DNA of 64,000 nucleotides from Lingula anatina (taxonomy: Eukaryota; Animalia; Brachiopoda): contig CM120645.1 of NCBI GenBank assembly GCA_051362555.1, positions 19,344,001-19,408,000 on the forward strand, given 5' to 3'. The notes under the pieces are model-generated. The model was not told where the DNA came from and searched no databases. It was given only the letters and a program-made list of their open reading frames with translations. Numbering within the stretch: position 1 is the first letter of the stretch; the number at the start of each line of letters is the position of its first letter. A program made the position numbers and the translations under genes. Below are positions 11,776-26,100 of the stretch, in pieces.

Positions 11776-14700
11776 TTACCCAGGTGACAAGGACCTATGC
11801 CGCTGCCTGTGCTGCCACCTATTCCACTGCACCCAAGCAGCATCTCTTAACATTTCATCTTGGCGAGTCCTAAAATAAAAAGGGAAATTTGGGAACTACC
11901 AATCATGACATACATCAAAAGATAGGTAAAACATACACCTTTTATCCCTTCACCAACGTAAAACATCTTGTATGATATTATACAATTATAATGGAAAAAA
12001 TTAGTATTGGTTGCCACCCCAATCTCTTCTTGATATTCTGGATCCACTAATGTGTTTACTTAATTCTATGACAATAGAGAGCATCCAACATAACCCATGT
12101 GGCTTTTTTTATTACTTTCTGTGATGAAAAAATAATGCTTCACCTGCATAACATAAACCCCCACTTCTTGCAAGTTCTTACACTTTTTGTGTTCTCATAT
12201 TATTTCTCACACTACTGTTCATCCTCATTTTAAACCATCCAGAATATCTTCCATCACGTCTTACATGATTATTTCCACAGAGTCGATGGCCCACTGGTCA
12301 TGTCCCTTCCCATCATGCAATGGCTGCCACCACCGGAACTGCATCCCTAACACTTTAGCATCTGTAGGAATGTCATAGGACACTCTCTTTGGAGAAAGAT
12401 AGTTCCGTGGGTCGTGGGAAGCCAGTAACATCCAATTGAGCCCCTAATGTTAAGAAGCAACAAGTGATATGTTCATCTAAACTGTATTTGCTGATATAAA
12501 CCAAGACAAGTTAGTGTTTTCTTTTCTTCCTTTCTTTTTTGACAACTTTAAAATTAACTGTTAATGATTAGTAGCTAGGCATGGCAGTATTATATCTGTC
12601 AGTAGTCACAATGATCTAAAATATCTTAGTTGGCAATATATTTTAATATTATAATTTTACTTTTTCATCCCTATTATAAAAGTGTCAAGCTTACCAGTAA
12701 CAGATTGTACAGACAATGCAAAACATAATTACGGTAATATGTCAAACAATGCGACCAAGATTAATTAATTAATTTCATGGAAATGTCAGTTTGGTCGAAT
12801 TGATTAAAATACAGCAATGGAAACCTTTGATATTGTCGGACTGTTAGGGGCATCTGCCGAAACGTCCATCTTTCCGGAAGTATTGCATTTTACCGGAAGT
12901 GTTACGCAAGATAAGCCGCAATTTTCGTCTAACACATGTTTCAGGCATGTTTTATCCTCCTTTTGAAATCTTATTTTGCTGTGTACAATATGTGCTAACA
13001 TTACTTAACATATTAATGTATTATATTTATCAAAAACACTATCTGCCAACAATCTACAATTAAACAGTGCTATTACTATCAACCTTTTCTATTTCATTAT
13101 CAAGACCTTAGACCCATTATAATGGGTCACTGTAAATTAATAAGATGAAATACTTACACTTGTACATATATCAACACTGTTGTAATAACTATGGCACAAG
13201 TTTTTACCTATTCCATTTATTATATATTGGAAGCACAAATTTACTTAAACAAATACCCTGTATTTTAATTTTTAACAATTCAAACCCATTAGTCAGGGTT
13301 CCTTCATATCATTATTACATAAAGAATGCCTCATGTTTCTCTCTGTTTTCTGACTTCTCCCTGTCTTGCCCATGTTCACTTTACCTTGTTCTTTGAATAC
13401 TGAAGTATTACAGACTTTTCTCCAATGTTGTCCTTATTCACTTTTATGTTACATGTATCTGTCTGTTTTTGACTTCCAATTTGTAGAACAAACATGATCT
13501 TGCTACAACAGAAAATAAATTTACAAAATCAATTATTTAATTTGTAAATCAACAGATAATTATGAATAATAATTTTTAAATATTTACATGAATAAAAAGG
13601 GGTGTAAGAAAAAAGTAAAGGCATAGGAAGAAAGGGTCACTACAATTCAACAGATAAATACTTTGGTTTAAATTCTGAATTTGTTAATTCAAATGTAAAT
13701 TATGCTGCAATGCTATTTTATCTTTCTGCTGTGAAAATCTTGCATTTCAGCATTGGGCGGATGAACACATGCTCTCTAATCATAGGTCAATGGTTTACCT
13801 AGCCTTAGTTGTGTCCATCTCTGCAGTGATAGCTTGCCTCAGCCCACATCCATTGAAATACAAGTTACTGCCATGCCCCAGGGGATGGAGAGGGCCACAC
13901 CCATATCCCACACCCCCTCCATCCACTTGTGGCCAGTACCCAGGTTTAATGCTCTCATCGAAATTATCTGACATGTGACTTAAGAGGAGGCTTCTGCTTG
14001 GCTGGCAGACACGGCCTGAAATTGCGTGTGACACTATCAATAAAGGGCTAGTGCTCTTAATCTTATATTTTTACCAGTATGACACTTTAAAAATATGATA
14101 TAAAAAATGATGTAATTTTCATCCACATTTTAAGAATGCTGTACTTTAAAACTGACATCTACAGTATAGATATTTGAGAGCAGTCAGTGAGATTTTCCCA
14201 CACTGGCCAGTATCAAAAGTATGCTCAGCTCCCTTACCAAAATATCAGGCCTGCTGTAAATATGCAGCAAATTTGCCGCAAACTGCAATTCCTCCTTGCA
14301 AATTTGCTGAAAATTAGCAGCAATAAAATTTTTCTTGGTAACTTCTGCAGACATGTTGCCACAAACTAAGTTGGCAAGAATATTGCTGCAATATCATATT
14401 CCTGCAAATGTTTCATTTTGCTAAGGGAGTGAAATTTTGTACTGAACGTTATAATATATTTCAAAAAAATAAATCTGGAAAGACCAGTGATTGGGAAGGA
14501 ACGCGCCATTGCGCCATACGCGCATAGAATCGTAACTGGGCGCATATAAAGCCCTGTTTGTGCGACATAAGGGCGCGTGATTTTGTTATACCTCGCGTTT
14601 TTAAAAAGAGTCTACTCGTCAATAAACTAATCGTCAACTGATTAGCGTATTTTTCCTCTCATACCTGAAGACGTCTCAGGAACGAATTCGGAAGCTATCG

Positions 14701-17700
14701 AACGCAATCCCCGAAGTTTGCCGAGAGCAATGAGCACATCGTCCCAATAGATATGTTAATGAAATAAAAGCTGATATCTTATTGGCCAATCAGTTTATAG
14801 GTCATGTTTATCCAATTAGAAGTAACCTTGCTTTTTGTTCTGAAAGCACATGGGATTTTTTTTCAAGCAGCACTTTGATGAAGTGAAAAGAAAAATGCCG
14901 CCAAAAAAGATTTTTAAAATCTCGCCAGACCAGCCTACATTAGTTAGTTTATTTACTTCAACCGCTTCGTCTAAGGGTCCGTCCAACGTTCAGGAAGAAG
15001 TCTCAAAGGAGACGGGGGAAGAAAATGTACCAACTTCTGAGAGCAGCGCTCCTTGCACTACGACGAGTAGTAGTGACACTGACAGTAGTGTTACTGCTAG
15101 GGCTAGCACCTCTCACTCTCAGGTCGCACGAGGTTTCCAACCCGGGCCGATGGCTTCAACTATGGCCCTGGCTCCAGTACAACTGCGAACAGTGTAAGAG
15201 TTAAGATTCTTGGGAGTAAGATAAGTTGTGAGGATGCACTGAATGTGTGGCACAGGAAAAAGAGATTACTTCATTAAGTAATGAAATCTCTTTTCAGTAA
15301 GACTGATTAATAAGTACTAGACAGTATGTGAAGACAATTTCATTTACATTTTCTCAGTTTTGAGTAATCAAGGTTTTCAGAGATCTAGATTGTTTACCTC
15401 TTGTTGATGGTTTCATCAAATAAAAACCAATTACTTATGAGTATTACATGTTTTCTGATCATTTTGTTTTTTCATTTAGTCTTCAAATAAGTTCAGTAAA
15501 TAAGGCAATGTAATGGTTTTATTGAAAAAGACAAATAAAAGTCTTAACTAAATAAATATATTAACAAAGTTTAACTGCAAAACCTTATCATATTATTCCC
15601 AAAAATATTGATACAGATATTTCAAATATATTTGTCATGTTTAAAAATGGCCCATAAATGTCAAGCGATGGCCCATTGATATGCAAATGGCCCATTAAGG
15701 GTTACCCAGGAGGGGCCATTGTCCCATGGGTGGTTTGAACCTTCCCAATCACTGAAAGACATGTTGAAAAACAGTTCCCTATCCCGACACAGGGTGCCCC
15801 CTGAGTGAACACCTACCAAAATTCCCATCATCACACTGACAAGTTTTGTTAAGACAGAATCCACGGCCTCCACACATTTCTGGACATTTCTCCCCGATGT
15901 ATACATCATCTAAAGCCCAGGCAACTGCTGAAGTGTTAGTATTGGTTTGGACCCAACGAAAACGAGTTGAGCTAAAATATATATGATCATCTTATTAAAC
16001 ATTCTTGCATACTAAATAAAAAAAAAAATAAATAATAATAATAATGATAAATAAAAGTAAAATGGCGAAAGGGGGAAACAAAATTTTCTATAAAAAAAAC
16101 TGCAAGTAAACTTGAAATTGTTATGAGGAAAGTACTTTACATTTTTGTTTGACAATTTCTAAAAACCTAAAAATCTTAACCAGAACAATTTGTGGAATTT
16201 AATATAATGCACACAAAATAATAATAATAATAATAATTATAATCTTTAATTGTCTTTGTATTCTGTAAAAGTGAAGATCCTCTTTTTCAACTGAACAAGA
16301 TTAACTGAAAAAAAGGAAAATATGGTTAAAAAAACATGCCCATAATTGTTAATAAAATAATGAACTACACTTAACAAAATTCATTACATGCCACATACTA
16401 ATACATGATTTTTACCTTGAGAACACTTTCTTGGGCAAGTCCAGAGTCACTCGTTTCCATGTTAAAAATTCATTCGCTGTGTAAATACTTCCAGTGGAGT
16501 AGGAGTAAGGGCTACATTCAGAACTAGAGATGTGTCCTGGCAGGCACACAGGCTGGACTAGGTTCCAATTATTGGAGCGTGGATCTTTGTTATATTCTAA
16601 TCTGATTGACTGATGATCATTGCAGCTGTGGCGAAGCTGATCACAACCAACTGCAATCTATATGCAAGATCCATTGGAGAAAATTTAATATATTTCACTT
16701 AAGACAAATATATTTGATTTTGCTATACCTGAACAGCAATAAAACTCAAAAACAAAACCTTATAAAAGAGACAAAACTTAATTCTGAAATCAGACATCAC
16801 AGCCATTTTCTGTAACATTTTAATAACAATACAAGAAAACATCAACAGGGATATACACCATAAGACTAATGATTTTTGATTGTTTCTGCTTTTCTAAAAA
16901 ATTGCCTGCTAGGTAACTATCATTGCTCTAAACAAAATTATCGAAAAAAAAAAAAAACAGCCCTAACAGAGAGAAAAATTCTCAAATACAACAGTCTTAT
17001 CTGATAACTGGTTAATATTTAGAATATAACTCTTGCCCCTCACCTTACTGCTATTGTAACCGCAAATAAAAAATACGGGCCTCAGAGTCAACCTCTAAGC
17101 TAAAGCTTTTCCTCCCTCTCAGAGAACAAAAAGAAAAAAAAGCGGATGAATAAGTGATTTGTCTTTTGAGAAGTATAGGCCAATGCTGGCAGAGAATAAT
17201 CACCGTTTTCACAAGCATAGCTGTACCTGAAACTGTAGCATATAGTTCTCCTGAACGATCAACTGGCCAGTAGTAATATGTCGCTCTCCAACACCCTCAC
17301 TCCAGGTCATAGCCAAGTCAGATTTCCCGCAAAATTTATCTTGAACTTCGCCATTAAGGGAAAACTCCCAGCTCAAGTCTGTAGAATTGCCAAACTCGTC
17401 CCACAATTCACTTGGATTGATAGCAGAGCCCCCTATGAATATGTTGTCCAATGACCATACAGCTACAGGCTTGGTTGCCATAGAGATTGGTTGCCACCAC
17501 CTTATTTGGGTAGCTGCTGTGGCAGCTCTCCCAGGGAGAGGTATATAGACCCTTTGCATGGATGTGAAACTACTGTGGTCCAAAACTTGAAGGGTGTGCC
17601 AAGTTGTTCCTGAAAATAAATATAATAATTAGATTAATGTTTTAAAATGTGAAAAACGATGACATGAAAAATATACCATAAATAAAAGTTTGATAAATTA

Positions 17701-20146
17701 TATAGAAATGTAGAAAAAAAAATCAACAATAAAGGTGATAACTGTTTTAGTAAGACTAAAGAGTGAGAACCATATTCACCCCCATTGGCAGAATATTGTA
17801 AGATTACGCTGTCTGTTCTGGATTGTGGGCGACCACATCCGTCCTCTTGTCCCTCACCACCTATCTGCAGCAGAAACTGGATGAAACTGAAAAAAAAAAT
17901 GATAAACTGAATAAAAAATCCAATTCAATTTTCAAATACCAACACTTTCATGTACATGACTGCGAAAAAAGAGAAAGAATGAATGACAAAACACCTACAA
18001 AATAGAGTGCACACCTAAAACAATAAACAATCAATTAGTTACTGAATCAATTATAATAAAACAAACCACAAAAAGTGAACATCAAACTCCATGAATAACC
18101 AAATAATTCAATTATAATTAGATAATAATGAGGTCTAAGATCTAAAACTACAGAGACAACAAATAGATTGAAGAATTAATCTGTTAAGAGGTTAGATGTT
18201 ATGTTTGGGAAAATATAGGGTTAAAATAACTGATAATAAACGGAAAATAATCAAAAATAAAGAAAAAGAAAAAGCTATGACTGACCGTGCATTTCTAGTG
18301 TCCAAATCAACAGTGACCACCTGTCTCTGTCCTTTCCCTCTCAGCACCAATGCTGGGTCGTCCAGTACTGGAGGACAGCCCTGACCAATAGTCCCCCCTT
18401 GAACAAGTCTCCAGGAGTCCAGACCAAGATTGCTGCCACTAAATGTTTCCTTCAGGTATGCCTAACATTAGAAAAGCATGAAGAAAATAAAAATTCTTGA
18501 ACCAGCAGGTATGACCAGTTTATCCTTTTAACCTGTTCTCTGTTCTCACACCTTTTGGCAATATAAAGACAGTGAATATTCAATTTTAAAATTGTGAGTT
18601 TTAATAAATCCAAGAAGTACCATATGGAATCAACGATAAGATCATAACAAAATATGGCTATGATATTCCTGTTGACATGACAATACCTAAAGAGCTGGAT
18701 CCCCCCTATACATATCCCTATAAAGTGAAACATTATGACTAATAATGTATAACTTGAAAAATAATTTTAATTGGTTTAAATTAAACAGACATAATATAGT
18801 CTCACCGGCCTCTTTGAAACTACTCTGCAGTCTTTCCCCCCATAGCCTTGGAAGCAGTTACATCTTGGATAGTCACACCAACCATGCCCTCTACAGTTGC
18901 CAGGACATGCTGGTCCTATGTAGACATTATCAACAGCCCAAACTTGGCTTTGAGACACATCTGAGGAAAAATGTTGTAACCACCGGAATCTTGTTGACCT
19001 GTTGAAATAATAAAAGTTCCAACGATAACATCTGGAATAAGTTTTTCGTAGCAATTTAAACTACAAAAAAAAAAAAATAAATAAATAAATATGCATGACT
19101 GCCATAAAAATGATCAACCAGTCATTTTGAGATCTTAAGACAAGCATCATTCTTAAAAAAACAATGGAAACCATTGGAGTGAAGTTGCAAAAAATATATA
19201 TTCTTTGGTGCCATTCTTTTGTTGACAAAACCTACTAAATTATTGGTTATTTCAGGTGTCTTCATGAAACTATAATTGTGTAATTCATTTGTGGCTGAAG
19301 TCTGTTCTTCTAAAAACTAAGTAAAATATTAGACTGAAAGCTAGTTAATTAAAATCCAAGTTGTATTTTACATTTAAGAAACCTGAATTTCAAACAAGGT
19401 TTTAAGACCAAAATAAAAACTGGCTGACACCATTCTAAAACTGATTGCTAGTATAGTAACAGGCCCATACACAATATACCTAGAAATCACCTCTCCCTCT
19501 AATAAGTAGGTCATTTTTCGCCATTCTAAATTATTGTAGAAACTGCTCTCCATGTTCTCCACATCGGTGCATTGTGGGTCAGAGGGAGCACACTCTGCCA
19601 CCAGGGGGTGCCACGTGACACCAAAATCAACAGAAAACTGCAGCAGCACTGGTAAAATATATGTATCCCACGTTGCATTGCAACCAACACTAATGCTGAA
19701 CTGCAGTATGTGACCTTTCTCGATATTCATATCAACTGTAGTCAGGGTAACAGTTTCCATGCCAACGGGAGAGGAAATGGCACTTTGTGATAACTCTCCA
19801 CAAAAATTACCCATCTCCATATTGTCATTATTAAGCCAAAGTTTCTGCGTAATTCCAGAATTAAAATTTTCCTTTAGAGAGCCGGGTGCAGGATCTGTTC
19901 CCCCGATAACAATATTGTCTACAGCCCAGTCAGCAGTGTTCTCTCCACTGTGTTTGGGCTGCCACCAGCGGATTCTTGTGCCAAGTCTTCTGGCACCTTC
20001 TGGGAGCATTAGGCTCACAAATCTGAAATGATACCATGGAGATTCATACTGTATTTCAGGGAACTGAAGAATGACTCTCCTTCGTAAAAAGTAAGTGTGT
20101 GTGTGTGTGTGTGCATGTGTGTGCACACATATGTGCATATGAATGC

Positions 20147-20180
<34 letters not shown>

Positions 20181-23100
20181 ACTTTTGTGCTGATTATAGT
20201 TTCTAACAGACTGAAACTTGCAGAACTAAGATTGTGATACATGCTTTCAAGCATCCAATTTAACAATGCCAGATGGCATATTATATCCTTTATACTTATA
20301 TTATGAACTATTACCTGATGACTTCCAGATCTAATGCCCAAGGATGGCAAAGACATTCCATATTTTACCAGGTTACTCACCATTGTCACAATTATTGAAA
20401 AAAAAAAAACTGGTAATGCATGTAAATCATCTGATTCAACAAATGTTCTTATTTCATGTAAAAAATTATCAATAAATAAATAAATAATATTAGTTCTACC
20501 CACTCTGGTTTTTTATACTGATCATAATACAACTCTGTGACAGTGGTCCAAATGATGCCTCCATTTGTAGAATAATCCACTATAACCCCTTCATCCCTGT
20601 GCTCTGGTGTTGCTAAGCAACCAAACACAAAATGGAACTGGATGTAGACAGCCTCAGAAAGATCCAGGTCAGTGGAAGTCAACTGTCTTGTACAGCCCTG
20701 AAACAAATTCATGATTTGTCAAAATCTTATAAATGAGCTACGAAAACTATACAATATTTGCATATTTCAATTGCAAAACTGAAGCCAACCTGCATAATAA
20801 GAAAATATGTGTAGGATTTCCGCTAGGTTTTGAACTTGAGATTAGATTTGTAAGTCACTATCAGACAATGTTAGAAATGGGAATTATCAGTCACAAAAGT
20901 GCATCTGACATAGCTGTCCTGAAAGCTGCAAATTTTAAAACAAAATTCCCTATTAAAATATTTTAATTTACATAACTTACATGTCCTATGAGAGCCCCAA
21001 TCAGTATAATCAGTATATATACCCTGTTTGCCCCTCTCCCTAAAAGCACAGGCATATTCAAAACTCACCCCTATAAAGTGGAGTACTTTCCCTGCCGTGT
21101 TCACCCTGCAGCTTGTTGATATGAACCCCCCTGACACCCTGCTCCACTGGCCCTGCTCCCAGTCCTGGTCAAACATGTCCTCTTTGAGCCACTTGGGCAG
21201 CTGGCCTGTTGGCTGTTCGCAAAACTGACCCCTCCATCCATTGTCACAGCTATAATGAAACATAATATATATATATACATATATATATACAGGTATATAT
21301 ATATCCTCATGACACTGCTTTGAATTAAAATGCAAACCTTCAACCAAATTTAACAAATATCAGTGAGATATCTAAATGACTGTTACACTATTTTTAAATA
21401 TAGAAATAACAATGGTTGATTAAACAAAAAAGTATGGCTGCAACAATTATCTGTTATTATGGTAGTGTCCACTCCACACCAATGGTCACTCACCTGCACT
21501 GCCCTCTGCTACATCTACCGTGTCCAGTGCACATCCTCGGGCATTCATTCCCTATGTAGACATGAGCCAAGGCCCAGGTGTTCGTAACATCAAATCCTTC
21601 CTCCTGCACCCACCGCAACCTGGTGGAGCGAGATCTATAAGGAAAATGAAGCCATTCCCTAAATACTACATTCAGCATCAGACCCTTTCCCCAAAAATAT
21701 TAATGAATTTCCACACTCCAGTGAACTTAACTATACCCATTGGGGGCTTACATATGCGATAAAACAGCCCTGAAAGTCTGCTGATCTTGAAGTAATTAAA
21801 CATAATGGTGCAATGTTAGTCCTGATCACCAAGGGCTTTTAATACCAGAATACATGGCCATAGTATAGCCCTAGAAAATGAACAAGAGCCTAAAAAAAAA
21901 ACAATTAGTAAAATCAGTGAAAGATATGCTCAGAATGGGATTCTTCATAAGGTAAAACACCCCTTTTGTTTAAAGCCCATAACCAAACTGTTCACAGAAT
22001 TATATAAACCCAGTCCTGAGTTGTAAGTTTCATGTGACGCCAATATTGGAGATAAATCCTATCTTATAAATTTCACTGTCTTATGACTGCATGAAAAGAT
22101 GTTGGGTAATTCAGAACATAAAAGCAGTTTTATAGATAGTAATTTTCTCAATATACCTTAGGCTGTAAAATTGTCAAAATTTCTGTTTTTTTTTGTTTTA
22201 GTCATGTATGTATATGCCTTCAAAACTTGTCTGAATTATATCTTGAAAACAAAAAATGTCCACGTTGTGCAATGAAGTCCAGAAATTGCAATAAATCTGT
22301 GTGGACAAAAGTACAAAAATGCACGTCCTCTATTTAAATCACAGAAAAAAATTTATTTCATGATCATGATGCTTTCAAGGAATAAATAATTTTAAAAAAG
22401 TAAACTAAAGATGAGAGGGTGTAACTAAAAGAGATACAACATATGATCAAGCCATCTAAAGATAACACAACAGAAAATTACAAATGATATCTAATTACAG
22501 AGAATCACGAAAATTCAAACTGTCAGCATATAATGAGATTTATTTTCTCCATTCTTACAGTCGTCTAGTACAAAGAAGGTGGCTACACTGCTCTGGACCA
22601 TTATAATAATCTCTTTTGGTGAAAAAAGATGTCCCATAAAGGAAGCATTGTGATCACTCTTATATTAGTATTGGCATGGACACAGGTCAAAACAAAAAGT
22701 GTAAAAGACTATGATTTGGCCAAACTGGTGGACCAAATAACCAAGCTGATGGATCGAATGTCACACATGGAAAAAAGGCAACAGAGACAAGACAAAGAAA
22801 TACAGAATGTGAGGAACAGGGATGAGAACAGAAAACTGGAAGCACAAAATCAACAGCTTCAGGTAATATTTTAGGCCTTTTCACATCAAGGGGTATGCTT
22901 AATAATTATATCAGCTACACAGTCGATACGGATGCACTTTTAGAGATTGACAACTAAATAGCCTGGTAATTAATTACAAGGATGACTCAAATAAATAAAT
23001 AAATAATAATAATAATAATAATAATTATTATTATTATTATTACTATTATTATTATTGTCAGTGCTTAGATTACAACCTTCAAATCATTTGCAGGACTTTC

Positions 23101-26100
23101 TTCGTCAGGCTCCTAATAAAGATGCTAATGAAGGCAAAGATTCAAATATGTTGTTACCAATGAATGATGACAATGGCAAGGCATTTAAAATAGGGACTCT
23201 GCAGGATCAAAATGGTAAGTAATCTACCATTCACCTTCTTTTAAATCTAAGTCTACATTTCAGATACTTTTTTAGATAAGGTGTAACTAACTCAGCCTGT
23301 TATATGAAATAATTTTTCTCTTGCTCCGTTTGAATGTGTCTGCAGCAGTAAGACATCACTGTTTACACTGTCTATTGGTTTCATATGTCATGTAGGTCAC
23401 GCATCATGTAGCATGCTTTTAAAAGTTACTTTTTGAGCTTCCAAGCTAGAAATGATAACAGGGCACCAAAGCTGTCAAATGTACAGACAACAAGACAGAA
23501 AAATAATCCATTCAAGCAATTTGAGCTGTATGTCAATTATTCCTGTAAGTTACAAAATAATACGTAATAAGCTTTTCTTTTTAGAGCATTTCAATGCAAT
23601 GGTATATAATACTTCACAGCTTTTAATTTATGCACTTCAGCTAATACAGTTATCTAGAAAATGTGACTAGCAAAAGTCTTCAGGGTCATGGAAATTCAAA
23701 ATCACACATTAAAAGCCAATATACACACAGTTACTGAAAGGTGTTATTTTCCTTTTAAACACTTGTTACATAATACACAATACACAACTAGAGGATCAGA
23801 GAGGCGATACCGCCTCCAAATATTGTACCACCAGCTGGAGCAAACGCATTCGTATAGACCCCCACATACACAAAATAAGGGACACAGCCACCAGTTTTGT
23901 GCTTGACAAGCTGTAAAAATGCAATCAACAAGAATTTTTTAACTATTGCAAAAAATATATATGGTACAATCAAATTTAAGTTCTTCGTAAGGTAGGTCAA
24001 GGGTCAATTTCAAGGTCACAGTAAATTGCCAGTATATGACTTCCTATTCAAGTTCAAGAGTAACTATGGACCTATCTCTGTCAAGTTTGAAGTTAAAAGA
24101 GAAAGAAATTAGCAGAGTTCTGTTCATGATAAAAAGTAGGTCAAAGGTCAATTTCAAGGTCACATTTAGATTGCCAGTATAGGACTTCCTATTCAACTTC
24201 AATAGTAACTATGGACCTATCTCAGCCAGTTTTGGAGATAAAAGGGAAGCAAAATTTGCAAAATTCAGTTCATGGTGAAAAGTAGGTCAAAGGTCAATTT
24301 CAAGGTCACATTTAGATTGCCAGTATATGACTTTCTATTCAAGTTCAATAGTAACTATGGACCTATCTCTGCCAGTTTTGGAGATAAAAGGGAAGCAAAA
24401 TTTGCAAAGTTCAGTTTATGGTGAAAAGTAGGACAAAGGTCAATTTTAATGTCACATTTATAATGCCAGTATATGACTTCCTATTCAAGTTCAATAGTAA
24501 CTACGGACCTATCTCAGCCAGTTTTGGAGATAAAAAGAAAGCAAAATTTGCAAAATTCAGTTCATGGTGTAAAGTAGGTCAAAGGTCAATTTTAAGGTCA
24601 CATTTAGATTGCCAGTATATGACTTCCTTTTCAAGTTCAATAGTAACTATAGACCTATCTCAGCCAGTTTTGGAGATAAAAGGGAAGCAAAATTTGCAAA
24701 ATTCAGTTCATGGTGTAAAGTAGGTCAAAGGTCAATTTAAAGGTCACATTTAGATTGTCAGTATATGACTTCCTTTTCAAGTTCAATAGTAACTATGGAC
24801 CTATCTCTGCCAGTTTTGGAGATAAAAGGGCAGAAAAGTTTGCAAAGTTCAGTTCATGGTGAAAAGTAGGTCAAAGGTCAATTTCAAGGTCACATTTAGA
24901 TTGCCAGTATATGACTTCCTATTCAACTTCAATAGTAACTATAGACCTATCTCAGCCAGTTTTGGAGATAAAAGGGAAGCAAAATTTGCAAAATTCAGTT
25001 CATGGTGTAAAGTAGGTCAAAGGTCAATTTTAAGGTCACATTTAGATTGCCAGTATATGACTTCCTTTTCAAGTTCAATAGTAACTATGGACCTATCTCT
25101 GCCAGTTTTGGAGATAAAAGGGCAGAAAAGTTTGCAAAGTTCAGTTCATGGTGAAAAGTAGGTCAAAGGTCAATTTCAAGGTCACATTTAGATTGCCAGT
25201 ATATGACTTCCTATTCAAGTTCAATAGTAACTATGGACCTATCTCTGCCAGTTTTGGAGATAAAAGGGAAGTAAAATTTGCAAAGTTCAGTTTATGGTGA
25301 AAAGTAGGTCAAAGGTCAATTTTAAGGTCACATTTAGATTGCCAGTATATGACTTCCTATTCAACTTCAATAGTAACTACGGACCTATCTCAGCCAGTTT
25401 TGGAGATAAAAGGAAAGCAAAATTTGCAAAATTCAGTTCATGGTGAAAAGTAGGTCAAAGGTCAATTTTAAGGTCACATTTAGATTGCCAGTATATGACT
25501 TCCTATTCAAGTTCAATAGTAACTATGGACCTATCTCTGCCAGTTTTGGAGATAAAAGGGAAGCAAATTTTGCAAAGTTCAGTTCATGGTGAAAAGTAGG
25601 TCAAAGGTCAATTTTAAGGTCACATTTAGATTGCCTGTATATGACTTTCTATTCAATTCAATAGTAACTACGGACCTATCTCAGCCAGTTTTGGAGATAA
25701 AAGGAAAGCAAAATTTGCAAAATTCAGTTCATGGTGAAAAGTAGGTCAAAGGTCAATTTTAATGTCACATATAGATTGCCAGTATATGACTTCCTATTCA
25801 AGTTCAATAGTAACTACGGACCTATCTCTGCCAGTTTTGGAGATAAAAGGAAAGCAAAATTTGCAAAATTCAGTTCATGGTGTAAAGTAGGTCAAAGGTC
25901 AATTTTAAGGTCACATTTAGATTGCCAGTATATGACTTCCTATTCAAGTTCAATAGTAACTATGGACCTATCTCTGCCAGTTTTGGAGATAAAAGGGAAG
26001 AAAAATTTGCAAAGTTCAGTTCATGGTGAAAAGTAGGTCAAAGGTCAATTTCAAGGTCATAGTAAGATTGCCAGTATATGACTTCCTATTCAACTTCAAT

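Noticed and set aside
12725-13135. GC-richer intronic patch with ccggaagt motifs as a TE or enhancer
   Set aside because: No convincing TIR pair, TSD or second copy in the window
14850-15197. 115-aa ORF as a host gene
   Set aside because: It is a frameshifted transposase N-terminal relic between hAT TIRs
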